Part shown: positions 18,628 to 27,511 of the stretch, piece by piece
How the letters are laid out: every line of letters begins with the position of its first letter
Numbering within the stretch: the stretch's first letter is position 1
Assembly: GCA_035362835.1 (NCBI GenBank)
Contig: DAOSDY010000004.1
Span: 113,836 to 177,835 of the forward strand
Direction of reading: 5' to 3'
DNA: 64,000 nucleotides
Source: Melioribacteraceae bacterium
GTDB taxonomy: Bacteria; Bacteroidota; Ignavibacteria; Ignavibacteriales; Melioribacteraceae
The notes under the pieces: model-generated
Seen by the model: the letters and a program-made list of their open reading frames with translations, nothing else
What the model was told of the DNA's origin: nothing
The model's database searches: none
Position numbers and translations under genes: made by a program

Positions 18628-19617
18628 ATGTCTGATTCCTACGCTAATAAATCGTACTCTTCTTTTTTAACATCGAAAAAAAAATCGGTATTAATTCATA
18701 TCTCTCTTTTCGTTATTACATTTTTAACAACCATTATTGCCGGCATGGAATGGACGACGGGTAAGATGGGCCCTTATGAAGTAAACGAAATGATGCGCGG
18801 GCTTCCGTATGCGCTTTCGATTCTATTTGTTTTAACCGTTCATGAGTTCGGACATTATTTTGCCGCTCTTTATCACAAAGTAAAAGCAACACTACCATAT
18901 TTCATCCCGTTCCCTCCGATCCCGGGATTTTTTAATTTCGGTACAATGGGAGCTGTCATCAAAACTAAATCCGTAATTCCAAACAACAGGGCAATGTTCG
19001 ATATCGGTGTCGCAGGACCTATTGCAGGATTCCTTGCCAGTACCGCTTTGCTCGTTTACGGCTTTTCTAATTTGCCTCCGGTTGATTACATATTACAAAT
19101 TCATCCCGATTATTTTTCGCCTGAATACGGAAAGGACGCAATTCATCTTGAATTCGGGACTACACTTCTTTTTGAAATTGTTAAATATCTCTTTGCTAAT
19201 CCCGATTCTTTTATTCCGCCAATGTCCGAAATTTATCACTATCCCTATCTTTGTGTAGGTTGGTTCGGTCTTTTCATAACTGCAATGAATCTTATTCCCG
19301 TCGGTCAGCTCGATGGCGGCCATATCATATACAGCATGTTCGGCGGTAAAATTCATGAAGCGGTTGCATCCATTTCAATGCTCCTGCTCGCATTCATTGG
19401 TGTATCAGGATTCATCGGTACGTTGGGTATTGAGCTCGGATTCGGATGGAGCGGTTGGCTCTTCTGGGCTTTCATTCTCTATTTTGTAATTAAGGTTAAG
19501 CATCCCCCTGTACCGTTTTTTGAAAAACTGAGTACCGGACGGATGATAATCGGTTTTTTTGCAATCCTCATTTTCATACTCTCTTTCTCACTCTCACCGT
19601 TTGTCCTCTCTTTCTAA
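18628..19617 (+). CDS. Site-2 protease (M50) family membrane metalloprotease
   Basis: HEFGHY zinc motif and NLIPVGQLDGGH second motif. Polytopic. Starts 2 nt after the upstream stop. Confidence 0.85.
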   Translation: MSDSYANKSYSSFLTSKKKSVLIHISLFVITFLTTIIAGMEWTTGKMGPYEVNEMMRGLPYALSILFVLTVHEFGHYFAALYHKVKATLPYFIPFPPIPGFFNFGTMGAVIKTKSVIPNNRAMFDIGVAGPIAGFLASTALLVYGFSNLPPVDYILQIHPDYFSPEYGKDAIHLEFGTTLLFEIVKYLFANPDSFIPPMSEIYHYPYLCVGWFGLFITAMNLIPVGQLDGGHIIYSMFGGKIHEAVASISMLLLAFIGVSGFIGTLGIELGFGWSGWLFWAFILYFVIKVKHPPVPFFEKLSTGRMIIGFFAILIFILSFSLSPFVLSF

Positions 19618-19638
19618 TTGTGAGTTAAATTTGATGAC

Positions 19639-19664
19639 TTGACATTAAAAGTGTCAATTTTTAC
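19639..19664 (+). terminator. Weak AT-rich hairpin plus T-run after the M50 protease gene
   Basis: TTGACA (19639-44) / TGTCAA (19652-57) with a 7-nt loop, followed by TTTTTACTTTT. Confidence 0.35.
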
Positions 19665-19808
19665 TTTTGTCCCACACAATCGGGAAAAATTATAGATACT
19701 TTGCTACTTTAGTTTTTGTTCAACATTTTTATAGGCAAATTTTCTATGATTTTTTCTTTTTTTTTGCATGCCTCTGTATCTTACCCGAATTTTTTAAGGA
19801 AGATTAAT

Positions 19809-20627
19809 TTGTCGCCCCGGTTTCTAATTGTCATTATTATTCTGATTTTTTCCGCCTGCGAGGAAATTCCCGAAGGGATTGTTGAACAAACTAAAGTTTA
19901 CAACAAAGTAAAAAATATATCTGCCCCGCTGAGTTTCAGCTATTCGGTTGCAGATTCGAGTCTGCTGACACGTATTGAATTTGAGGATTCTAAATATATA
20001 TCCCGGGCATGGCTTAAGATAAGATCTCTGGATGGTACAGTTACTGTCATTTCATCTTCTGAGATGAAGGATAACGGCAATTTACCTGTTAACGGTGATT
20101 TGAATGCAAATGATAATATATTTTCTGCCAGGATTGGAATCAGTAAAAAATATTCCAGCGGTAAATATCTTATCGAGTATTACGTCGAAGATAATGTTAA
20201 ACAAAGTCCTGAAAATTTATCGAAGGTTGCAGTCCATCTTTTTGATTACAATAACAATCAGGTCAGTTATACTCCGGTTATATCGAATCTTTCAATCCCT
20301 TCAAGTGTAAACAGAGGCGATTCGTTCATATTTACAATTAAGGCGGAAGACCGGAACGGACCCGGCGATATATCCCAGGTTTACTTTAAACTATTCCGGC
20401 CGGATGGCTCGCTTGTCGATCCGCAGAATGGTCTCGGATATTTTCTGATGGTTGATGACGGGAATTTTGACGTCTTTGGAGATCAGACAGCTGGAGATGG
20501 TATCTATTCATTTAAGAATTCATTCGGAACAACTTCTCAAACCGGAAGCTGGAAATTCGAATTTCAGGCCAAGGATAAAAGCAATAACCTCAGCAATATT
20601 ATAACTCATTTTATGAATGTTAATTGA
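19809..20627 (+). CDS. Hypothetical lipoprotein with two Ig-like repeat modules
   Basis: TTG 19809 is preceded by AAGGAAG (19794-19800) and gives MSPRFLIVIIILIFSAC, a lipoprotein-type signal. Two copies of M-x-D-x-GN-x2-V-x-GD-x2-A-x-D-x-I-[FY]-S. The ORF track start at 19716 is probably too far upstream. Confidence 0.6.
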   Translation: MSPRFLIVIIILIFSACEEIPEGIVEQTKVYNKVKNISAPLSFSYSVADSSLLTRIEFEDSKYISRAWLKIRSLDGTVTVISSSEMKDNGNLPVNGDLNANDNIFSARIGISKKYSSGKYLIEYYVEDNVKQSPENLSKVAVHLFDYNNNQVSYTPVISNLSIPSSVNRGDSFIFTIKAEDRNGPGDISQVYFKLFRPDGSLVDPQNGLGYFLMVDDGNFDVFGDQTAGDGIYSFKNSFGTTSQTGSWKFEFQAKDKSNNLSNIITHFMNVN

Positions 20628-20632
20628 TTGAT

Positions 20633-22207
20633 ATGAAAAAATTTCTTTCCCTCTATATTTTATTCGGTATAGCAATAACTGCCCAGCAGATCCCGGTTCA
20701 GTTTAATCTTGAAAGCAATATTCTTTCAAAAGCTTACGATTCCACTCCGGCGAGCAATACAATAGAAAGAATTCTGATACGGGATAACACTATTTGGCTC
20801 GGTACTTCGAAAGGTCTGAGCAAATCGACTGATGGAGGAAATACCTGGACTAACTATTACAAATCCGAGGCTTTCGGAGAAGAGAGCATTTCGGCAATTG
20901 CATACAATAACGGGATTATCTACGCTGCTACCTGGCATTTTCAATACGACGACAGGGTAAAAGAGACCTATCCTTTCGGAACAGGAATCCGTTACTCTTC
21001 CGATGGCGGTAATACATGGAAAAAGATTGATCAGCCGATGGATAATGTAGGCGACTCAACAATTACTTACGGTTCCAACATGTTATGGGCTCAGCCGGTT
21101 GCTACTGAATTCCAGAATTTTATTTACGATATCGAAATAACATCCGGAACTATATGGATCGCTTCTTTCGGCGGTGGATTCCGTAAATCGACTGATATGG
21201 GTAAAACCTGGCAGAGGGTTGTTCTTCCTCCCGATAATCTAAACTCAATTGCACCTTCCGACCAGTTAAATTTTATCTGGAAACCGAAAGCCGGTACTCT
21301 CGGTAATTATAATCACACCGCTTTTTCCGTGTTGGCCGAGAATGATAACGTTATATGGGTTGGTACTGCCGGGGGATTAAATAGGAGTGAGGACGGCGGT
21401 ATCAGCTGGCGGAAGTTTAATCATACAAATCAATCGGAACCAATCACCGGAAATTTTATACTTGCGCTCGATAAAAATCTGCACGACAACTCAATCTGGG
21501 CCGGTACGTGGAAAACAGAAGGCCAGACGGAATTCTGGGGCGTTAGCCGTTCCAAGGACGGAGGTTTTACGTGGGATCAGTTTCTTACCGATGAGCGGGT
21601 CATGGATTTCGGATTTAAATATTCCGGAAGCCCCGGAAATTATACCGCTTCCGAAATATTTGTCGCCACCCAGAACGGATTGTACCGGTCCATAAATAAC
21701 GGTGCTTCCTGGATTGCCGCACCTGACATTATAGACGACGGAACTAAAGTATCGATTAATACACGGCACTTCCGTGCAGTTGAAATTGAAAATGCTAACA
21801 ATAATTCCCATAATGTCTGGATCGGTTCGGTTAACGGACTTGTCCGCTTAAATGAAACTTCCGGAATCTGGCAGGGGAACTGGAAAGTATTTCTTGCGAG
21901 CGATGAGATTAGTTCTGTTTCAGAATCGTATGCTTTCCCGAATCCGTTTAATCCGAACAGGAATCAGGTTAGTATTAAATATGCCCTCGATAAACAGGAA
22001 AATATTACTGTCAGAATTTTCGATTTCGGTATGAATCTGGTCAGGACTCTTATACAAAATGCACCGCGTAGTATAAGCCAGAATCATATTGAGTCCTGGA
22101 ACGGGAAGGATGAATCGGGTAAGGTAGTGCCCAACGGTGTTTATTTTTACAGGATTGACGCCGGTTCAGATAAACCGCTGTTCGGTAAAATAATTGTCAT
22201 ATTGTAA
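20633..22207 (+). CDS. Asp-box (BNR) beta-propeller protein with C-terminal T9SS/FlgD-Ig-like sorting domain
   Basis: Signal peptide from ATG 20633. Five canonical S-x-D-x-G-x-[TS]-W boxes plus one degenerate. C-terminus FPNPFNPN...VRIFD...WNGKDESGKVVPNGVYFYRI...GKIIVIL. Confidence 0.8.
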   Translation: MKKFLSLYILFGIAITAQQIPVQFNLESNILSKAYDSTPASNTIERILIRDNTIWLGTSKGLSKSTDGGNTWTNYYKSEAFGEESISAIAYNNGIIYAATWHFQYDDRVKETYPFGTGIRYSSDGGNTWKKIDQPMDNVGDSTITYGSNMLWAQPVATEFQNFIYDIEITSGTIWIASFGGGFRKSTDMGKTWQRVVLPPDNLNSIAPSDQLNFIWKPKAGTLGNYNHTAFSVLAENDNVIWVGTAGGLNRSEDGGISWRKFNHTNQSEPITGNFILALDKNLHDNSIWAGTWKTEGQTEFWGVSRSKDGGFTWDQFLTDERVMDFGFKYSGSPGNYTASEIFVATQNGLYRSINNGASWIAAPDIIDDGTKVSINTRHFRAVEIENANNNSHNVWIGSVNGLVRLNETSGIWQGNWKVFLASDEISSVSESYAFPNPFNPNRNQVSIKYALDKQENITVRIFDFGMNLVRTLIQNAPRSISQNHIESWNGKDESGKVVPNGVYFYRIDAGSDKPLFGKIIVIL

Positions 22208-22224
22208 TTAAATCGGGTTCTGTC

Positions 22225-23220
22225 TTGAAAAAGTTTTTAAGTATTACACTGTTATTGACTTCTGTTCTCATTGCTCAGCCGGAATTTTCTGGAATCAGCA
22301 GTATGCCTGGTGCTTTCAGCAGAATCGGTTTCGGTGCAAGGGGAATTGCAATGGGTAATTCAATTTCTTCGGTTAAAACAGGTAATCTGGTTTCTTTTTA
22401 TAATCCGGCGCTCGCATCTTTTCAGGAAGGAAATCTTTTTCAGACGGCCTACTCGTTTCTATCACTCGACCGGACTCTCAATTTTATAAGCTTCACACGC
22501 AAATTCGAATTTGGAAGCGTTGAAACTCCGGACGGGAAAACTAAACCGAGATCTGTTGCGGGATTTAGTGCAGGATTGATTAATGCGGGTGTTTCGGGAA
22601 TTGACGGCCGAGATAATCAGGGTGTTAAAACCGGCGACCTTTCAACATCCGAAAATCAATTCTTCATTGCCGTTTCAAACCGGTTCTCCGATAAAATTGC
22701 CGTGGGAATTGCATTCAAATTTTATCTCTTCAAACTCTACGAGGATTTTACTTCTAATGGTGTCGGCTTTGATGCCGGAATTCTTTATTCGTATAACGAC
22801 GCTCTTACTTTTTCACTGGTTATGACGGATATTAACAGTAAGTATGAGTGGGACAGCGGAAAGATTTACGGTACTTCGGGAAGTATAACGAAGAATAAAT
22901 TCCCGTTCCTTACAAAAATCGGGGCATCTTATCACTTTAAAGAGAACGGAATATTAACTTCTATTGAGTTTGAAAACAGTAATGCCGGCTCAAAATATCT
23001 TCGCGCCGGAATTGAGTATAATATAATTACCGATCTTTACTTAAGAGGCGGGATTGACCGGATTAATCTGGTAAATAGTGAAATTCCTCTTCGACCCTCA
23101 TTCGGTTTTTCATATTTTTACACGTTGAATAATTTACGGCTGGGATTCGACTATGCGTTTGTTATAGAACCCTATTCCTCGTCGGATCATCATATAATCG
23201 GTGTCAATATAAACTTCTGA
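22225..23220 (+). CDS. PorV/PorQ-like outer-membrane beta-barrel protein (paralog 1)
   Basis: Signal peptide, GFGARGIAMGNS and YNPA motifs, alternating strands, C-terminal Phe (GVNINF). TTG start. Confidence 0.7.
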   Translation: MKKFLSITLLLTSVLIAQPEFSGISSMPGAFSRIGFGARGIAMGNSISSVKTGNLVSFYNPALASFQEGNLFQTAYSFLSLDRTLNFISFTRKFEFGSVETPDGKTKPRSVAGFSAGLINAGVSGIDGRDNQGVKTGDLSTSENQFFIAVSNRFSDKIAVGIAFKFYLFKLYEDFTSNGVGFDAGILYSYNDALTFSLVMTDINSKYEWDSGKIYGTSGSITKNKFPFLTKIGASYHFKENGILTSIEFENSNAGSKYLRAGIEYNIITDLYLRGGIDRINLVNSEIPLRPSFGFSYFYTLNNLRLGFDYAFVIEPYSSSDHHIIGVNINF

Positions 23221-23224
23221 CCAT

Positions 23225-24124
23225 ATGCTAAAAAAAATATTTATAACTCTTACATTATCTGCTTCATTAATCTCGGCACAGTCAGCAGGAAATTCAGGTG
23301 TAGCTTTCCTCAAACTCGGCACGGGGGCACGGAATATTGCTATGAGCGATCTCGGTGTTATAAGTGGAAGTGAGTTAACTTCAATTCAATATAATCCGGC
23401 TCAGCTTTCAGTTCTGAGATTAACGCAGTTGTCATTCTCTCATAATTCTTTGTTTCAGGATCTGAGTTCGGAAATTTTTTCTGCAAGCATTGTTGCTTTC
23501 GGACTTCCGTTTGCTCTTAATGTAAATACTACATCAATTTCTGATATCGAAATAAGAAACATTCCCGGCGACCCTATCTCAAAATTTAACGCAAATTATT
23601 TCTCTGCCGGGCTATCAACAGCATTTAATGTTATTGAGAATCTTCATGCGGGTGTTACTTTCAGGTATATATATGAAAATTTGTATTCCGATGAAGCATC
23701 GGGATACGGCTTCGATCTTGGTGTCCTTTATTCCGGACTGATAAACAATCTATCGGTCGGTGCTTCATTGAGGAATATCGGCTCAATGAGTATGATGAGA
23801 AATGAATCTACAAAACAGCCGATCGATTTCAGAGCCGGCGCTTCCTATTCAATCGACTTCGGACAGTCAAAAATAAAAATGAATGCCATCGGAGGAATTC
23901 AGAAGTATCTGGATGATGAATCGCTCCACCTGCACGTCGGGACGGAATTGGTTTACGATGATGCTTTTTTTGTCAGAGGCGGTTATTTAACCGGATCGGA
24001 TTCAAAGAATATTAGTGCGGGTTTCGGATTGAAATGGAAAGGTCTGAATATTGACTATGCTTACGTCCCGGTTAAGTATGGCCTGGGTGATAATAATATC
24101 ATTACTTTTATATATACATTTTAA
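23225..24124 (+). CDS. PorV/PorQ-like outer-membrane beta-barrel protein (paralog 2)
   Basis: Signal peptide, GTGARNIAMSDLG and YNPA motifs shared with the upstream paralog, C-terminal Phe (FIYTF). Confidence 0.7.
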   Translation: MLKKIFITLTLSASLISAQSAGNSGVAFLKLGTGARNIAMSDLGVISGSELTSIQYNPAQLSVLRLTQLSFSHNSLFQDLSSEIFSASIVAFGLPFALNVNTTSISDIEIRNIPGDPISKFNANYFSAGLSTAFNVIENLHAGVTFRYIYENLYSDEASGYGFDLGVLYSGLINNLSVGASLRNIGSMSMMRNESTKQPIDFRAGASYSIDFGQSKIKMNAIGGIQKYLDDESLHLHVGTELVYDDAFFVRGGYLTGSDSKNISAGFGLKWKGLNIDYAYVPVKYGLGDNNIITFIYTF

Positions 24125-24235
24125 CAGGAAGTGATGACTATACCCGGGGATGTTGCACAATTTGTGAAATGTAAGACGATTAAATAGTATTTTTGAATCC
24201 GGAATCTTCATCAATGCAGTTGCGGAACAAATAAT

Positions 24236-25195
24236 ATGGAAATCATCAAGTATTCTGAAGACTGGAAAGAAAAGTGGGATCAATTTGTTCTGGAATCGAA
24301 CAACGGTACAATGTTTCACCTCCAGAAATTTTTAGACTACCACACACCTGGCAAATTCCGTTTCGATCATCTAATATTCACTAAATATGGGAAAATAGAG
24401 GCGGTTCTGCCCGGTGCATTGCGCAATGGTATTTATGAATCTCCGATCGGAGCCAGTTACGGATCTATTGTTACCAAGGATATTAAATTTGCAGAAGCAA
24501 TGGAAATTGTTTCGGCTCTGCTGGATTACGGTAAAAAAAATAATATTAAGGAATTCGAACTGACTTCGGCGCCAATGATATATGAGAAGTATCAAAACCA
24601 GAATCTTGAATTCGCAATGAGATGGCTCGGTTTTGATTACAAACTCCATTATATATCTAGTGCAATTAATCTAAGGAAGGGTGAGGATTACCTTCTTAGA
24701 TTTTCGCCAACAACTAGAAGAAATGTCCGCAAGACTTTCCGAATTAAAGATCTGCGGATTGAAATTAACGAGAGGTACGATCAGTTTTATCCGATATTAG
24801 TTGAAAACAAAGCTAAGCATAATTCAAAGCCGACGCATTCCTACGATGATTTAATAAAATTAAAACAGCTTCTCCCAAATAATCTTGTCCTTTTTATGGT
24901 CTATCTCGGTGAAAAACCAATCGGTGGCTCGCTGGTTTTTATTGCTAATAGAAATGTAGCTCTCTGTTTTTATAACATGATGCTTTATGAGTTTGCAGAA
25001 TATAAGCCGATGCACAGAATTATGTACGATGTTGTTAATTATGCCACAGATAAAGGTTACTCCTACGTCGATATTGGCGTTTCCCAGGATACTAAAGCGG
25101 AAAATCCGATGACGCCCAGTATGAGCCTGATTGAATTCAAAGAACAATTTGATGCCAAAACGATAATGCGCAATAATCTCAGTATTAAACTTTAA
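24236..25195 (+). CDS. FemAB-like / BioF2-like GNAT acyltransferase family protein
   Basis: About 320 aa with a duplicated acetyltransferase-like layout. The C-terminal half has the FMVYLGEKPIGGSLVF...YN pattern seen in FemAB/CelD-like proteins. Assignment by pattern only. Confidence 0.65.
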   Translation: MEIIKYSEDWKEKWDQFVLESNNGTMFHLQKFLDYHTPGKFRFDHLIFTKYGKIEAVLPGALRNGIYESPIGASYGSIVTKDIKFAEAMEIVSALLDYGKKNNIKEFELTSAPMIYEKYQNQNLEFAMRWLGFDYKLHYISSAINLRKGEDYLLRFSPTTRRNVRKTFRIKDLRIEINERYDQFYPILVENKAKHNSKPTHSYDDLIKLKQLLPNNLVLFMVYLGEKPIGGSLVFIANRNVALCFYNMMLYEFAEYKPMHRIMYDVVNYATDKGYSYVDIGVSQDTKAENPMTPSMSLIEFKEQFDAKTIMRNNLSIKL

Positions 25196-26322
25196 TGCGG
25201 TTTACTATGCAGAAAAAAGTATGCATAGCATTTCTTGGCAACGCACTTCACGATTCCCGTATTGTCAACCTAACTAATTCACTTAAAAATGACGGATCCA
25301 GCGTAAAGGTTATTTCGTTCGACTGGTTTATAAGCAATCAGCCTTTTAATGACGATACATATACTGTCAATAAACTGAAGAAGGGAAGTCTGTCGATTCT
25401 TTTTTATCTCCGCTTTGCTATTATACTTCTAAGAGAATTGATTAAGTGCAGAGCGGATCTCTTTTTTGCAGAGGATTTTTATACACTTCCGATTGTTACT
25501 ATAGTCGGTAAATTTAAAAGAGCGAAAATATTTTATAACAGCCGCGAACTTTATGCCTTCCTCGGCGGGTTACGTAACAGGCCGTTCCTTCAGTCGATTG
25601 TTAAATCAATTGAAAAACTGTTCATTAAGAGAGTTGAGCTCGTACTCACAACCGGCGAGATGGATTCCCGCTTCCTCGAGAACTTCTATGGAATTAATAA
25701 CACATTAGTTATTAGAAATATTCCTCTGCTTCAGCAACCCGAAAAGGTAATTGACTTTAGAGCAAAATACAGCCTGAATAAAGATACGTTCATTTTAATT
25801 TACCAGGGAGTTCTGCTTGAGGGGAGAGGCATACCGCTAATTATTAAAGCCTTGGAGAAATTACCCGGCACCGTTCTTATTATTCTGGGCGATGGTGAAC
25901 AGAAAAATAATTTCAGTAATCAGGCCGTTAAAGCAAACATCTCGGATAGAGTCTTTTTTGCCGGGACTGTCAGTCAGAAGGAACTGATCAATTTTACTGC
26001 AGGGGGGGACTTAGGTCTATCCTTAATAGAAAATATAAGTGTCAGCTATTATCATGCTCTTCCGAACAAAATGTTTGAGTATATAATGGCCGGTGTTCCC
26101 GTACTTGCATCCGATCTTCCGCAAATGAAAATGATCATAGAAAAATATCAGGTCGGCGAGGCAATTAATATCTCCAATCCGGAAAGTATTGTTGATGCTG
26201 TCCTTAAATTAAAATCTGATACTGAATTATTGAAAAAATATAAGACTAACTGTTTAACAGCTTCGCGTGAATTGAATTGGCAGGAAGAATATAACAGAGT
26301 CCGGAATAAAATATTAGATTAA
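25195..26322 (+). CDS. Family 4 glycosyltransferase (GT-B)
   Basis: C-terminal E-x7-E type motif region (NKMFEYIMAGVPVLASD) and the GDG...LK pattern. TAATG overlap with the upstream stop. Alternative start ATG 25207. Confidence 0.85.
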   Translation: MRFTMQKKVCIAFLGNALHDSRIVNLTNSLKNDGSSVKVISFDWFISNQPFNDDTYTVNKLKKGSLSILFYLRFAIILLRELIKCRADLFFAEDFYTLPIVTIVGKFKRAKIFYNSRELYAFLGGLRNRPFLQSIVKSIEKLFIKRVELVLTTGEMDSRFLENFYGINNTLVIRNIPLLQQPEKVIDFRAKYSLNKDTFILIYQGVLLEGRGIPLIIKALEKLPGTVLIILGDGEQKNNFSNQAVKANISDRVFFAGTVSQKELINFTAGGDLGLSLIENISVSYYHALPNKMFEYIMAGVPVLASDLPQMKMIIEKYQVGEAINISNPESIVDAVLKLKSDTELLKKYKTNCLTASRELNWQEEYNRVRNKILD

Positions 26323-26327
26323 GTAGA

Positions 26328-27347
26328 ATGACAAAACAGAAAAGGATTTTAATTGTGCGGCCGGACAGGATTGGCGATGTTGTCCTTTCAACACCGTTGC
26401 CCCGTGAAATTAAAAAGCAATTCCCCGGTTCGTTCGTTGCAGTGCTTCTGCGTAAATACACCAGGGATATCTATGAAAACAATCCTTACGTTGATAAAAT
26501 TCTTCTGATTGACGATATACCGGAAAATTCTATCGAATCATTCTGGAAAAAAGTTAATGAGGTAAGGCATTTCCGTTTTACTCATTCCTTAACTTTACTG
26601 CCTACTGAACGATTGAATTACCTGCTTTTTTTTGCCGGTATCCCGTATCGTGTGGGAGTAGGTCATAAATTATATCAGGCCCTAACGTTTACACGGTATG
26701 TATCCCGGAAGAAATATATCCCGCTACGTCACGAGTCGGATTATTGTATGGATCTCGCTAGAAAGATCGGAGTTGTAGCGGACAATCTGGGTTCTGAGAT
26801 ACATCTTACAGATGATGAAAAGAAAAAAGCATCAGAGTTAAGAAATCAATATCTGAGCGGGCGAAAATTTATCGTCGGCATCCATTCTACAAGCGGTAAC
26901 TCTGCCCCTAACTGGGGAGAAGAGTATTACAGAAAATTGATTGATTTACTGCGTCAGCGTAATGATGTCAGAATTGCGGTTACCGATAATCAACCGCCTG
27001 ATTCGTTAAAAGATATTCCTGATCTTGTCTATCCGAATTCCGGCAATCAATCGCTGCGTGAATCAATTGTAAATTTTGTTACTCTCGATCTACTTATATC
27101 TGCAAGCACCGGACCAATGCACATTTGCGCTGCTCTTAAAATCAAAACACTTTCAATGTTCTGTCCTTTAACTGCCTGTTCTCCAAAGCTCTGGGGACCG
27201 GTGGGTAATCTGAGTAAAATCATTCTTCCGTCTGAGAATTACTGTGGTACAATATGTCCGGGTGACCCGAAGAAATGTACGTTCGAGGGTAATGGTGGAA
27301 TAGAAGTAGAAAGAGTCTTAAATTCTCTTAACGACATAATCGATTGA
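26328..27347 (+). CDS. Family 9 glycosyltransferase (heptosyltransferase-like)
   Basis: ILIVRPDRIGDVVLSTPL N-terminus and GPMHICAAL near the C-terminus are typical of GT9 / ADP-heptose:LPS heptosyltransferases. Confidence 0.85.
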   Translation: MTKQKRILIVRPDRIGDVVLSTPLPREIKKQFPGSFVAVLLRKYTRDIYENNPYVDKILLIDDIPENSIESFWKKVNEVRHFRFTHSLTLLPTERLNYLLFFAGIPYRVGVGHKLYQALTFTRYVSRKKYIPLRHESDYCMDLARKIGVVADNLGSEIHLTDDEKKKASELRNQYLSGRKFIVGIHSTSGNSAPNWGEEYYRKLIDLLRQRNDVRIAVTDNQPPDSLKDIPDLVYPNSGNQSLRESIVNFVTLDLLISASTGPMHICAALKIKTLSMFCPLTACSPKLWGPVGNLSKIILPSENYCGTICPGDPKKCTFEGNGGIEVERVLNSLNDIID

Positions 27348-27399
27348 TTGATTAACGGAGAATTCCGAGCCAGGATTTCTTTGCTTCATCTAAAATTTC

Positions 27400-27407
27400 T
27401 ATATTTG
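27400..27407 (+). promoter_or_regulatory. Candidate FCB-type -7 promoter box (TATATTTG) for the SRP RNA
   Basis: Matches TAnnTTTG and lies 11 nt upstream of the first paired base of the SRP RNA. A TTTG is at 27380-27383, but its spacing is shorter than expected for a -33 element. Confidence 0.4.
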
Positions 27408-27418
27408 CAACCTGTTTT

Positions 27419-27511
27419 GCCAAGCCCTAATCGGCAAGTTGATACCCAATCCCGCCAGGTCCGGAAGGAAGCAACGGTCAGTATTTAATTTGGGTGATTA
27501 GGTGTCTTGGC
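27419..27511 (+). ncRNA. ffs: Signal recognition particle RNA, small (4.5S) type
   Basis: Conserved CCAGGTCCGGAAGGAAGCAAC core (GGAA tetraloop helix 8). Terminal helix GCCAAGCCCTAATC / GATTAGGTGTCTTGGC. Internal CCCAA/TTGGG pairing. TTTTTT follows the 3' end. Confidence 0.8.
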
